64,000 nt of DNA from a virus. Under the pieces are notes generated by a model that was not told where the DNA came from, made no database searches, and saw only the letters and a program-made list of their open reading frames with translations. The stretch is taken from IMG/VR virus record IMGVR_UViG_3300031552_000003, positions 1-64,000 of that record. The stretch is one strand, 5' to 3'. This document shows positions 19,716-29,872 of the stretch, piece after piece. Both the position numbers and the translations under genes were made by a program. The first letter of the stretch is position 1, and the number at the start of each line of letters is the position of its first letter.

Positions 19716-20462
19716 ATGTATGATATTTTAGTCCCCGCGCATGAAAAAGATTTTACAAAATTAAGTTTTGTATATGATTCTATTATAAAAAATATTGAAG
19801 GATTTAAGGATATTTACCATATAACAAATACAAAAGTTCCAAAATATTTAAGAATTTCAGGAATTAATTATTTTTTAGATGATGAAGTTATTGATTTTGA
19901 TTTTAGTTTGTTTAGAAATACGATAAAGAAAAGAACAGGATGGTATCGTCAACAGTTTGTTAAATTATTTCAAAATGTAACTGGGGATGAGTATTTGGTC
20001 ACAGAAGCTGATAACATATATAATAGGAAGATAAATATTATTGAAAACAATAAACCTGTTTTTTTCTTAGGAAAAGACCAAAATCATGCTCCATATTATA
20101 AGATAATGCAAAAGTTATTAGGCTATGGCAGGGAGTATAATTTTTCGTTTATCAATGAGATTATGTATATAAAACGGGAGTATGTAAAAGAACTTGTTGC
20201 TTTAACTAAATTAAATAAATATGGGTTTTTTGAGTTATTTGCAAATGAATTAAATCGCACACAAGAAACCAGTGGTTGTTCTGATTATGATTTATATGGA
20301 AATTTTATTGCTAAATATCATGAAGATGAATATTTATATAAACATGTTAAAACTGTTGTAACAGCTAAACATTCGGAATGGTCAGAAAGTGATATTAAAA
20401 AACAAATTGATTTATATAAGAATACAGATAATATAATGATAAAATTGCATACATGGATTTAG
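19716..20462 (+). CDS. GT-A-like protein (DUF6492-like)
   Basis: GWYRQQFVKL, EAD (DxD-like), SDYDLYG. Confidence 0.6.
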   Translation: MYDILVPAHEKDFTKLSFVYDSIIKNIEGFKDIYHITNTKVPKYLRISGINYFLDDEVIDFDFSLFRNTIKKRTGWYRQQFVKLFQNVTGDEYLVTEADNIYNRKINIIENNKPVFFLGKDQNHAPYYKIMQKLLGYGREYNFSFINEIMYIKREYVKELVALTKLNKYGFFELFANELNRTQETSGCSDYDLYGNFIAKYHEDEYLYKHVKTVVTAKHSEWSESDIKKQIDLYKNTDNIMIKLHTWI

Positions 20463-21331
20463 TGATGTTTCATAGTGGAGAAAAGTTTCCTAATTATCTT
20501 GGAGATACTTTTAAACAAATACGCATGTTTAACCCTGAATTAAACATTCATTTTTTAGTAGATTCTAAATTTTTGCAAAATAAAGTTTTTATTGATTATA
20601 ATATAATTGTAGTTAATAAAGATTTATATTATACAGATAAGATACATGAGTTAAATCTATTATATAAAAGAAAAGCAAATGATTTTTGGACAATTACAAC
20701 TACACGTTTGGTTTATATTGAAAATTATATTGAAAAAAAGGATTTAACAAATGTATATCATTTTGAAAATGATGTATTATTATATCGTTCTTTAAAAGAT
20801 TTTCATACTTTGTTTACTGTAAAATATCCATATTTAGCTATTACAGCAGGAAGTAAATATAAATATATGACAGGATTTATGTTTATTAAGAATTATATTG
20901 CTATTTCTTTAATGACAAGATTTTTTATAGATTTATTAAGTACATATGGTAAAGAGAAAATTATTCGCAAATATAATTTAGGAATGATTCATGAAATGGG
21001 ATTGATGGGGATTTATGGAATTGAAAGAGGTTATATATTCATTACAAAACTGCCTACACTACCAAACTCACCAAATTTTGAAGATTTTAATTCTATTTTT
21101 GACCCGGCAGCGTGGGGACAATTTGTAGGGGGTACACAAAATGAAGGCCCGGGGGCAAAACCTACAGATCATGATATTAGTCAAGTTTTAATAAAACATC
21201 CTGAATATAATGTGATTTGGGTTAAAGATATTGAAGGTAGAAAAATTCCTTTTTTTAAAATGGGTGATGAGCATATTCGAATTAATAATTTACATATACA
21301 TTCAAAAAATTTACATTTATATTTAAGCTAA
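20453..21331 (+). CDS. Putative glycosyltransferase-like protein
   Basis: FW..TT.R, HFENDVLLY, FDPAAWGQ, NLHIHSK. Confidence 0.55.
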   Translation: MDLVMFHSGEKFPNYLGDTFKQIRMFNPELNIHFLVDSKFLQNKVFIDYNIIVVNKDLYYTDKIHELNLLYKRKANDFWTITTTRLVYIENYIEKKDLTNVYHFENDVLLYRSLKDFHTLFTVKYPYLAITAGSKYKYMTGFMFIKNYIAISLMTRFFIDLLSTYGKEKIIRKYNLGMIHEMGLMGIYGIERGYIFITKLPTLPNSPNFEDFNSIFDPAAWGQFVGGTQNEGPGAKPTDHDISQVLIKHPEYNVIWVKDIEGRKIPFFKMGDEHIRINNLHIHSKNLHLYLS

Positions 21332-22062
21332 TGTTTGATTTTATTCAAGGGGAGAAGTTTGAAAGTTTAGCAGATGGAAAAAACATTTTCTATTGTCATA
21401 CGCATGATATTAAAGAATTTTTAAAAAAACATACAAATACTCCACCTTATATTTTAATTACGCATAATAGTGATAATTGCATTGATTTTAATGCCCCGGA
21501 CAATGTTATTAAATGGTATGCACAAAATGTAAATATAATTGACCCTAAAATAGAATCTTTACCTATTGGTCTTGAAAATGCTAAATGGTTGAAGCGTATT
21601 CCTAAGATTAAAAAAATGGAAGAGAAACTTTTACAACCAAGAAAATATAGGAATCTTTTATATGTAAATCATACAATAGCACATAATCCGGAACATAGAT
21701 ATAAACCATATCAAATATTTAAGAATAAAACATGGGTTACGATGCAATATGGGCATAATGGAAAAGATTTTGATACATATCTTGATAATTTGTATAATCA
21801 TAATTTTACTATTTCTCCACAGGGAAATGGGATAGATTGTCCGCGAACCTGGGAATGTTTGTATATGGGGACGGTCCCAATTGAAAAAAGAAATATAAAT
21901 AATCAATTTTATACAGACTTACCAATATGTTTTGTAGATGATTGGGAGGAAGTAACTGAGGATTTTTTAGTATCAGAATACATAAGAATAAAAACTGGTA
22001 AATGGAATATGGATAAATTGAATTTTGAATATTGGAAAAACAAAATATTTAACTACGTATGA
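21331..22062 (+). CDS. Exostosin-family (GT47-like) glycosyltransferase
   Basis: THNSD, LPIG, SPQGNGIDC.RTWECLY.G.VPI. Confidence 0.75.
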   Translation: MFDFIQGEKFESLADGKNIFYCHTHDIKEFLKKHTNTPPYILITHNSDNCIDFNAPDNVIKWYAQNVNIIDPKIESLPIGLENAKWLKRIPKIKKMEEKLLQPRKYRNLLYVNHTIAHNPEHRYKPYQIFKNKTWVTMQYGHNGKDFDTYLDNLYNHNFTISPQGNGIDCPRTWECLYMGTVPIEKRNINNQFYTDLPICFVDDWEEVTEDFLVSEYIRIKTGKWNMDKLNFEYWKNKIFNYV

Positions 22063-23126
22063 AAATAATTGTTATTGGTGCAGGAATATTTGGGATTACA
22101 ATAGCTTTGGAATTATCTAAAAAGTATAAGGATATTACTTTAGTGGATATGAATAATGATATTATGCAAAATGCATCAAAAGTAAATCATAATAGATTGC
22201 ATTTCGGTTTCCATTATCCCAGAAGTAAAACAACTGCTGTGCAAAGTTTGGACGGGTATAAATTATTTCATGATTGTTTTAGTAATGCTATAACTTCTGA
22301 TTTTGAAAATTATTATATGATTGAAAAAAATAGTTATGTTAATAGTGAAAATTATGAACATTTTTGTGATGATTTACATTTGATATATAAAAAACAATCT
22401 CCTAAGTTAGATATAAATTTTGATAGGGTTGAATCTTCTTATTTAACAAATGAACCTATTTTTGATTATGATTTAATAAAGTTGAAATTAGATAAAGATT
22501 TGAAATGTTCAGGAATTAAACTTCTTTTGAATAAGAGAATAACAAATAAAAAAGATTTAGAAGGATATGATGTAGTTATTAATACTACTTATTTTAATAT
22601 TAATAAAATAAAAGGTATTTTAGATTTACCACAAACTAAATTAAAATTACAAACAGTAATCATTCCAATTTTTAAGTATAAAGCACATAAGGTGGGATTA
22701 ACTATAATGGATGGAAAGTTTTGTAGTATTATGCCAAAAGGGTTTAATGATAACACATTTTTATTATACCATGTTAAAGAATCAGTTGTATATCAAACAG
22801 AAAATATGGAGATTCCGAAAATATGGTATTATGGAAAAGAAATTATAAAAAATAATTTTTTGAAAAAGCATGTGTATGATAATGTTATAGTTAAACATCA
22901 AGTTAATAAAATAGTGAAGGAATCTCAAAAATATTTTAGATTTATTGAAAATTGTGATTTTGTGGATTATTGGCAAACTGTAAGGGCTTTACCAATTAAT
23001 GATGATGATGAGAGATTAAGTATATTTGATATATTAGAACAAAATAATCAGAAAATTGTATCTGTATTGTCTGGCAAAATATCAACTTGTTTATTAATTG
23101 CAAATAATATATCTAAATTGATATGA
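22059..23126 (+). CDS. FAD-dependent oxidoreductase
   Basis: IIVIGAGIFG, AS..NHNRLH.GFHYPRS, SGKI. Confidence 0.85.
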   Translation: MKIIVIGAGIFGITIALELSKKYKDITLVDMNNDIMQNASKVNHNRLHFGFHYPRSKTTAVQSLDGYKLFHDCFSNAITSDFENYYMIEKNSYVNSENYEHFCDDLHLIYKKQSPKLDINFDRVESSYLTNEPIFDYDLIKLKLDKDLKCSGIKLLLNKRITNKKDLEGYDVVINTTYFNINKIKGILDLPQTKLKLQTVIIPIFKYKAHKVGLTIMDGKFCSIMPKGFNDNTFLLYHVKESVVYQTENMEIPKIWYYGKEIIKNNFLKKHVYDNVIVKHQVNKIVKESQKYFRFIENCDFVDYWQTVRALPINDDDERLSIFDILEQNNQKIVSVLSGKISTCLLIANNISKLI

Positions 23127-23872
23127 TGAATAGTATTTTATTTGGTAATGGGTATTGGGCTAATATAGTTAAAGAGAAGATTGTTAGTTTGACGAATTTA
23201 GTATTAATTGTGGATTCAAAAACTGATATTAGTATTTGGAATAAGATTAATGTGGATATAGCTTTTGTTTGTTCATCAACTTCAAGTCATTATGATATAG
23301 TTAAAAAATGTTTGGATAACAATATTAAATATATCTTTTGTACAAAACCATTTACAGGGGATTATAAGAAAGCTAAAGAATTATTTAGTATAGCAAATCG
23401 AAAAGGAATTTTTATTTTTATTGATAATCTATTTTTATATAGAAAAGAAATTATTGATATTAAATTAAAAAATATACAAAATTTTGTTTTTCATTGGGAG
23501 AAACCACATAAAATAAACATGGAAAGCATATATGATAGTTTACTTTATCATGATTTATATTTATTGTTAAAATGGAGTAAGTCTAAAAAATGGAAGGTTA
23601 TTTTTGTTGATAGATATGATGATTCATTATATCTATACATGATTAATGAATATTATCAAACTTGTTATTTTGAGTATAATATAAGTGGAAGAAAAAATAA
23701 ATGGATCATATTTGGTGATTTTGTTGTAAATTTAACAACAACAAAACAAGATTCATTAAAAGAGTGTATTATTGATATGTTGCAAGGTGATATAGATTTT
23801 GATTCAAATAAAAAGGTAACATTAGATACTTTGAAATTGTTAAATTTTATTCAAAAAAACCATGATAAATGA
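23123..23872 (+). CDS. Gfo/Idh/MocA-like NAD(P) oxidoreductase
   Basis: FGNGYW, SH......L....IFCTKP, LLYHD. Confidence 0.72.
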   Translation: MMNSILFGNGYWANIVKEKIVSLTNLVLIVDSKTDISIWNKINVDIAFVCSSTSSHYDIVKKCLDNNIKYIFCTKPFTGDYKKAKELFSIANRKGIFIFIDNLFLYRKEIIDIKLKNIQNFVFHWEKPHKINMESIYDSLLYHDLYLLLKWSKSKKWKVIFVDRYDDSLYLYMINEYYQTCYFEYNISGRKNKWIIFGDFVVNLTTTKQDSLKECIIDMLQGDIDFDSNKKVTLDTLKLLNFIQKNHDK

Positions 23873-24443
23873 TAAATATGTTGATTTATTAAAAGATGAG
23901 TATAAGCAATCGTATTTATTATATAAAAAAGGCTTATTAAAATTAGAAGCTTGGAGTTCTCATCAACCTTTGTTAATCCATGTTTTAAATACAATTAAAA
24001 GTGGGGATGTTTTAGAATTTGGTACAGGATATAATAGCACTCCAATAATGCATATCATTTGTGCATTTCAACAACGAAAATTGTTATCAATTGAAACAAA
24101 TAAAAAATGGGTAGAAAAATCATTGAAATGGAGAAATATTAATCATGTAATTGAATTAGTTTCTTCTAAAGAAATATTAAAACATTCTCTTTTTAGACAT
24201 AAATTTTCAATAGCTTTTATTGATGGTGCCCCGGCGGAGGTTCGTCAACCTTTTTTAGAAAAAGTACAAGCAGATTATCTTATTGTACATGATACAGAAT
24301 GTGTAGTAAGAGGAATTAAAAATGTATATGGTTATGATTTTTCTATGTTTAAACATGTTTATCATTTTAAAAAAGATTCTACTATGACTACATTATTAAG
24401 TAATTTGGATAAAATTGATAAAGATTTATTAACTATATTTTAA
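23862..24443 (+). CDS. Class I SAM-dependent methyltransferase-like
   Basis: VLEFGTGYNST, SIE...W, AFIDG, IVHDTE. Confidence 0.75.
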   Translation: MINDKYVDLLKDEYKQSYLLYKKGLLKLEAWSSHQPLLIHVLNTIKSGDVLEFGTGYNSTPIMHIICAFQQRKLLSIETNKKWVEKSLKWRNINHVIELVSSKEILKHSLFRHKFSIAFIDGAPAEVRQPFLEKVQADYLIVHDTECVVRGIKNVYGYDFSMFKHVYHFKKDSTMTTLLSNLDKIDKDLLTIF

Positions 24444-24448
24444 AAAGT

Positions 24449-25624
24449 ATGATTCCATTGATGCGAAATACATTTTTAAATGAATGTGATACTAAACAAG
24501 CTCTTGCAAAATTTATTATAGGAGCGGAAGTATTAAGCATGAATATTCAATGCAAGTCTTTTGAAATAGCTTTTGCTCAAAAGCAAAACAGGGATGAAGC
24601 CATTCTTTTTAATAGTGGAGGGAGTGCTAATTTAGCTTTGTTGCAATCTTTAAAGAATTTAGGTCGAATTAAAGAAGGGGATAAAATAGGGTTTTCTGCA
24701 TTGACTTGGGCGACAAATGTGATGCCTATCATACAAATGGGATTTGTTCCGGTGGCAATAGATTGTGAGGTGAATACATTAAATATAAGTCCAGAACAAT
24801 TATTATCTGTTATAAAAAATATAGATTTAAAAGTATTATTTCTTACAAATGTATTAGGGTTTATAGATAATATTAATGGTATTAAAAATATTTGTGATGA
24901 GTGGGGGATTATTTTACTTGAAGATAATTGTGAAGCATTAGGGACTGAGACTATATATGGAAAAACAGGTAATTTTGGAATTGCCTCTACTTTTTCTTTC
25001 TTTGTAGCTCACCATATGTCAACTATTGAAGGGGGGATGGTTTGTACTGACAATGAAGAGTTAACCGAAATGTTAAAAATAGTACGTGCGAATGGGTGGG
25101 ATAGAAATCTTTCAATTAAGCAACAAAGAAAATGGAGAGAAAAGTTTGATATAAAATCTGAATTTGATGCAAAATATACTTTTTATGATTTAGGATATAA
25201 TTTAAGGCCTACTGAAATAACAGGTTTTTTAGGTTGTTTACAATTGGAATGTTTGAATGATAGTATTAGTAAGCGAGAAATGAATTATTTATTAATTGAA
25301 GATACAATAAAGGAAAATAATGATTTTATAAATATTAAGCATGATCATATTGTTCAATTATCACCATTTGCAATTCCAATAATTTGTAAAACCCCTGAAT
25401 TAAAAAAGAAATATTTATCCAAATGTTTTGATTCGGGAATTGAAACCAGGCCAATGATTGCTGGAAACATGCAAAATCAACCATTCTATAAAAAATATGT
25501 AAAACAAACGTATAATTTACCAAACAGTGATTTTTTACATAATAATAGTTTTTATTGTGGAAACTATCCTGAGATGACAAAAGAAGATTTAAAAATAATA
25601 AAAGATGTTTTAATCAAAAACTAA
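24449..25624 (+). CDS. colD: PLP-dependent DegT-family enzyme, ColD-type (GDP-4-keto-6-deoxymannose 3-dehydratase-like)
   Basis: NSGGSANL, EDNCEALG, SFFVAHHMSTIEGG with His in place of the Schiff-base Lys; RANGWDR; GYNLRP. Confidence 0.75.
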   Translation: MIPLMRNTFLNECDTKQALAKFIIGAEVLSMNIQCKSFEIAFAQKQNRDEAILFNSGGSANLALLQSLKNLGRIKEGDKIGFSALTWATNVMPIIQMGFVPVAIDCEVNTLNISPEQLLSVIKNIDLKVLFLTNVLGFIDNINGIKNICDEWGIILLEDNCEALGTETIYGKTGNFGIASTFSFFVAHHMSTIEGGMVCTDNEELTEMLKIVRANGWDRNLSIKQQRKWREKFDIKSEFDAKYTFYDLGYNLRPTEITGFLGCLQLECLNDSISKREMNYLLIEDTIKENNDFINIKHDHIVQLSPFAIPIICKTPELKKKYLSKCFDSGIETRPMIAGNMQNQPFYKKYVKQTYNLPNSDFLHNNSFYCGNYPEMTKEDLKIIKDVLIKN

Positions 25625-25628
25625 GAGT

Positions 25629-26567
25629 ATGAATATTGATAGTAAAATATTAGTAACAGGTTGTCAGGGAATGACTGGTTGGGCAGTTATAAGAGAATTG
25701 AATAGGCAGGGATATGTAAATATTTATTGTGTTGACAGAGTTGATTGTGATTTATTAGATCAAAAGAGAGTATTAACTCTTTTTGAAAAAATAAGACCAG
25801 AATATGTTTTTCATATAGCAGGAAAAGTAGGAAGTATTTATGCAAATGATACTCAAAGTGGGGATTTTATTTATGAAAATCTTGTAATGCAATGTAATGT
25901 TATTGAATCTGCAAAATTATACAATGTAACGAAACTTTTATTTTGTGGTTCCGCTTGTGTTTATCCAAATTCTGATTCTCAACCTATTAAAGAAGAAGAT
26001 TTATTAACCGGGCCACTTGAAAAAACAAATATAGGTTATGCTATTGCTAAAATAGCAGGTGTCATAATGTGTCAAATGTATAATAAGCAACATAGATGTA
26101 ATTTTATTTCTGCTATACCTGCAAATATTTATGGGATAGGAGATAACTTTAATTTAACTTCGGCGCATGTGGTACCTGGTTTAATTAATAAATTTCATGA
26201 AGCAAAGACAAGTAAAATTTCAAGTGTGGAAGTTTGGGGGACGGGGGAAGCTTGTAGAGAATTTATTTATGTGGATGACCTTGCGAAAGGTTTAGTTCAT
26301 ATAATGAATAATTATGATAATTCAGAAGTTATTAATATAGGCACGGGTATTAGTATTCAGATTAAAGATATTGTTAGAATTATAAAAGATGTTGTAGGAT
26401 ACACAGGTGAAATAATTTATAATAATAATTTTGAAGGTGTCCGGGATCGTTGTTTAGATATAACTAAAATAAAAAGTCTTGGATGGGAAGCTAAGACTGA
26501 TTTTAGAGAAGGTATAAAAAATGTTTATGATTGGTATGTTAATAATTATACTTTTTTAAGAAAATGA
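25629..26567 (+). CDS. fcl: GDP-L-fucose synthase family epimerase/reductase (Fcl/ColC)
   Basis: TG..GM.G, GSACVYP, YAIAK, NIYG..DNF, HVVPGL, VWGTG...REF. Confidence 0.9.
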   Translation: MNIDSKILVTGCQGMTGWAVIRELNRQGYVNIYCVDRVDCDLLDQKRVLTLFEKIRPEYVFHIAGKVGSIYANDTQSGDFIYENLVMQCNVIESAKLYNVTKLLFCGSACVYPNSDSQPIKEEDLLTGPLEKTNIGYAIAKIAGVIMCQMYNKQHRCNFISAIPANIYGIGDNFNLTSAHVVPGLINKFHEAKTSKISSVEVWGTGEACREFIYVDDLAKGLVHIMNNYDNSEVINIGTGISIQIKDIVRIIKDVVGYTGEIIYNNNFEGVRDRCLDITKIKSLGWEAKTDFREGIKNVYDWYVNNYTFLRK

Positions 26568-27241
26568 GCACAATAAAAACTATAGTATTAGTATTAAGAA
26601 GTGGAAAGGATTTTTCCATGAGTGATGTAGAATTGATTAATAGACATATTAATATTAAATGGCAATCAGAAGAAAAATTTCGTGTAATTTGTTTATGGGA
26701 TAAGGCTACCCAACATTATAAATTAGGCAATTTGGAATTGATTCCATTGAAAAATAATTACCCGGGCACGTGGTCTCGTATGCAATTATATAGTCCTGAA
26801 ATGGAACAATATCGTCCTTTTTTATATATAGACTTGGATACAGCAATTATTACTTCTATTAAAAATATTTTTGATTTGGTAAAAGATGAATCAAAATTTA
26901 TTACACTTGAAGATTTTTGGCAAAAGAGACAATTAGCTACAGGCTTAGTTTGGTTTCCAAATAATTCACAAAAAATAAAACATGTGTGGGATATATGGAT
27001 AAAAGAACACCAAACAAGAGGGTCAAGAATGGATATGTTTTTACGTAAACATATTGAAGCAGATATTTTTTGGCAGCAATTAACAGATTTAATTGTTGAT
27101 TTTAAACCAAAAAACAGACAACTTGTAACTAAATTGCCAAAAGATGTTAATTTGGTATGTTTTCATGGTAAACCACGGGTACATCAAGCTATAAATATTG
27201 CATGGGTAAATGATTATGTAAATTATGAATTATGCGTGTAA
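26564..27241 (+). CDS. GT-A (GT8-like) glycosyltransferase
   Basis: LVLRSG, G.WS...L, LYIDLD, VCFHGKPR. Confidence 0.7.
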   Translation: MSTIKTIVLVLRSGKDFSMSDVELINRHINIKWQSEEKFRVICLWDKATQHYKLGNLELIPLKNNYPGTWSRMQLYSPEMEQYRPFLYIDLDTAIITSIKNIFDLVKDESKFITLEDFWQKRQLATGLVWFPNNSQKIKHVWDIWIKEHQTRGSRMDMFLRKHIEADIFWQQLTDLIVDFKPKNRQLVTKLPKDVNLVCFHGKPRVHQAINIAWVNDYVNYELCV

Positions 27242-27846
27242 GTATTATAATCCCATATAAAGAAGATAGAGGATGGTTAAAAAAAGCTGTTAAGAGTGTC
27301 CCAAAGAAGAATGTGCAGCTTATCCTTAGTCAGGGAGAAGGAAATTGGCCTCAAAATTTTAATAAAGCATTATCACAAGCTGATGGTGATTTAATAAAAT
27401 TTTTGCATGAAGATGATATGCTTACACCAAATGCAATTGAAAGTTATATTAAGGCATTTAGAAGCCCGTCATTTAAAGATATTCATTTTGCACATGGGAA
27501 TGCTTGGGAAATATTTATGTGCTCAACACGCCCTCCTAAATTGTATATACCAAGAATTGTATTGCCCACATTTGAAAATTTATTAATGCGAAATACTATA
27601 CATAGTGCTTCTTTGATTTACAGAAGGGAAGTATTTGAAAAAATTGGGAATTTAAATGAATCAGAAAATGTATATTCTTTTGAAGAGTATGAATTTAATT
27701 TACGTTGTTTAAAAGGAAATTTGAATATTGGTTATATTAACATACCTTTGGCATATTATCGCCGTCATCCTAAACAAATTATAAGAACTTGTAATATTTC
27801 TGAAAGAAAGCAAAACAGGGCTGAACTTTTAAAAAAATACATATGA
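27232..27846 (+). CDS. GT2 glycosyltransferase
   Basis: VSIIIP, FLHEDD, YRREVFEKIG, LAYYRRH. Confidence 0.88.
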   Translation: MRVSIIIPYKEDRGWLKKAVKSVPKKNVQLILSQGEGNWPQNFNKALSQADGDLIKFLHEDDMLTPNAIESYIKAFRSPSFKDIHFAHGNAWEIFMCSTRPPKLYIPRIVLPTFENLLMRNTIHSASLIYRREVFEKIGNLNESENVYSFEEYEFNLRCLKGNLNIGYINIPLAYYRRHPKQIIRTCNISERKQNRAELLKKYI

Positions 27847-28541
27847 TTAAAGATAATTCAAATATTCCAATTTTTATTACAGGGGCACAGCGTTCTGGAA
27901 CAACAATCATTGCAAAGATTATAGGCATGTGCGATGTTTTTACAGGGGATATATCAGAGATGATGGAAAATGGTTCTATTAAAGAATTAAATACAATATA
28001 TATTGGTGGAGTTTTAGGAATTGATGAAAGGGGGCAATTTCCGTTACCAGATACAAAAGAATTATTAATTCCAATGAATTGGAAAAAATGTGTCCATGAT
28101 ATTTTAGTTGAAGAAGGATATGATAAAAATAAGATATGGATGTTTAAAAGCCATGCTATTTGTCAATTATGGCCTATATGGAATCATGCATATCCAAATG
28201 CTAAATGGATTATAGTACGCAGGCGTACTGGTGATATTATTTATTCATGTATGAAAACAGCATATATGAATGCTTTTAAAGATAAGGTAATTCAAAAAGC
28301 AGTAGGTGCAAATAATGAACAGGAAGGTTGGCTTTGGTGGGTACGGCAACATGAAAAATTATTTGTTGAAATGATTGAAGCTGGGTTAAATTGTAAAGTT
28401 ATTTGGCCTGAGCGTATGGTAAATGGTGATTATTCCCAGATATATGAGATGCTTGAATGGTTAGGTTTGAAATGGGATGATTCAATTGTAAAAACTATTG
28501 ATCCGCTTTTATGGAACAGCAGACAAAAGGAAAGGAAATAA
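27843..28541 (+). CDS. Sulfotransferase family protein
   Basis: IFITGAQRSGTT (5'-PSB loop), PNAKWIIVRR...DI..S. Confidence 0.8.
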   Translation: MIKDNSNIPIFITGAQRSGTTIIAKIIGMCDVFTGDISEMMENGSIKELNTIYIGGVLGIDERGQFPLPDTKELLIPMNWKKCVHDILVEEGYDKNKIWMFKSHAICQLWPIWNHAYPNAKWIIVRRRTGDIIYSCMKTAYMNAFKDKVIQKAVGANNEQEGWLWWVRQHEKLFVEMIEAGLNCKVIWPERMVNGDYSQIYEMLEWLGLKWDDSIVKTIDPLLWNSRQKERK

Positions 28542-28544
28542 GAT

Positions 28545-28925
28545 ATGGCAGTAAGGGTGACAGCTGATGAGGTAAAAGAAATAATGGATGGTGTTACATC
28601 ATCTGATCCTACTATAGAAATATTTATTACAGCAGCAAGTGCTGTAATAGATAATGTATTTACAGGGGATACTGTAATAGGGACAACTTTATTAAAGGAG
28701 CTTGAAAGATGGCTTACGGCACACATGTTAGCTTCTACTCTTTTTAGAATGTCTGTACAAGAAAAACTTGGCGAAGCTGAAGTAAAATATATGGGAAAAT
28801 GGGGAGAAAACCTCGCGTCTACACCATATGGTCAAATGTTAAAAGTGCTTGATACAACCGGTAAAATAAGCCAATTGGGGAAATCTTCTGCTACTATGTA
28901 TGCTATAACAAGTTTTGATGATTAA
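28545..28925 (+). CDS. Head-tail adaptor
   Basis: LERWLTAH, L.STPYGQ...LD..G; position. Confidence 0.7.
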   Translation: MAVRVTADEVKEIMDGVTSSDPTIEIFITAASAVIDNVFTGDTVIGTTLLKELERWLTAHMLASTLFRMSVQEKLGEAEVKYMGKWGENLASTPYGQMLKVLDTTGKISQLGKSSATMYAITSFDD

Positions 28926-28937
28926 TGAAAAGAAAAT

Positions 28938-29333
28938 ATGAGCATTATCTCTATGATTATTCGTAATTGCAAACAAACCGCTGTATATTGGGGAAATCCG
29001 GTTAATGATGGTATGGGTGGGTTTACTTTTGATGACCCTGTTGAAATTGCTTGTAGATGGGAAAATATAAATGAAATTTTCATAGCTCCTAATGGGGATG
29101 AATTGGTTGCAAAATCAATTATATATGTTTTACAGGATGTAGATCATGAAGGTTGTTTATATTTAGGCACTTTAGATGATTTATTAGAAAGTGATGGTGA
29201 AAGTATAGGAGAATTAGTTCCAAGCGAAATAGAGGGAGCTCAAATTATAAAAAGATTTGATAAAATACCTGTATTAGGTTCAACTACTGAGTTTTTAAGA
29301 AAAGTATATTTAACCAGTAAAAACATGTGGTAA
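28938..29333 (+). CDS. Head closure protein
   Basis: QTAVYW....DGMGG..F..PVEI.CRWE. Confidence 0.7.
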   Translation: MSIISMIIRNCKQTAVYWGNPVNDGMGGFTFDDPVEIACRWENINEIFIAPNGDELVAKSIIYVLQDVDHEGCLYLGTLDDLLESDGESIGELVPSEIEGAQIIKRFDKIPVLGSTTEFLRKVYLTSKNMW

Positions 29334-29872
29334 TGGCAGGGACATATAGCATAGGAAATACAAAAATAAAAGGGTTTGATGAAGTGATGCATAATCTTAA
29401 TACTGAGATTCAAAAGATTGAAGGACGAACTATGGAAGGGTTGATTAGAGCTGCAGCAACAATACGAAAAGATATGGATAAAACACCTCCTTTAATTCCA
29501 GTTGATACTGGAAATATGCGGGCATCGTGGTTTGTTGTAACAGCAAAAGGAAATCAAGAAAATGCCCCTGTTTTTAAAAATACTACTACAAAAAAATTAG
29601 CATTATTAAATTCATCATATAATGCTGCGGTTTCTGAATCTGAAAGTTTAGTAAAGGCATCAAGTAAAGAAAATCCATTTCTTATAATGGGATTTGGAGC
29701 TAATTATACTATGCCTGTACATGAGATGTATGTAGGAGGGAGTAAAAATGTTAAAGGGGAGGTTGGTTGGGGAAGAAAAAGTTTAGCAGGTCCAAAGTTT
29801 TTCGAATCTGCTGTAAAAAGAAATAAAGATAAAGTTTTAAAAATAATTGCAGATAAAGCTAAAATAAAATGA
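29327..29872 (+). CDS. HK97 gp10-like tail completion protein
   Basis: PVDTGNMRAS, Y...VHE, KFFE. Confidence 0.8.
   Translation: MVMAGTYSIGNTKIKGFDEVMHNLNTEIQKIEGRTMEGLIRAAATIRKDMDKTPPLIPVDTGNMRASWFVVTAKGNQENAPVFKNTTTKKLALLNSSYNAAVSESESLVKASSKENPFLIMGFGANYTMPVHEMYVGGSKNVKGEVGWGRKSLAGPKFFESAVKRNKDKVLKIIADKAKIK

Noticed and set aside
18198-28541. Host O-antigen/capsule locus or chimeric assembly
   Set aside because: No export or polymerase genes; ORFs abut phage structural genes on both sides without a break
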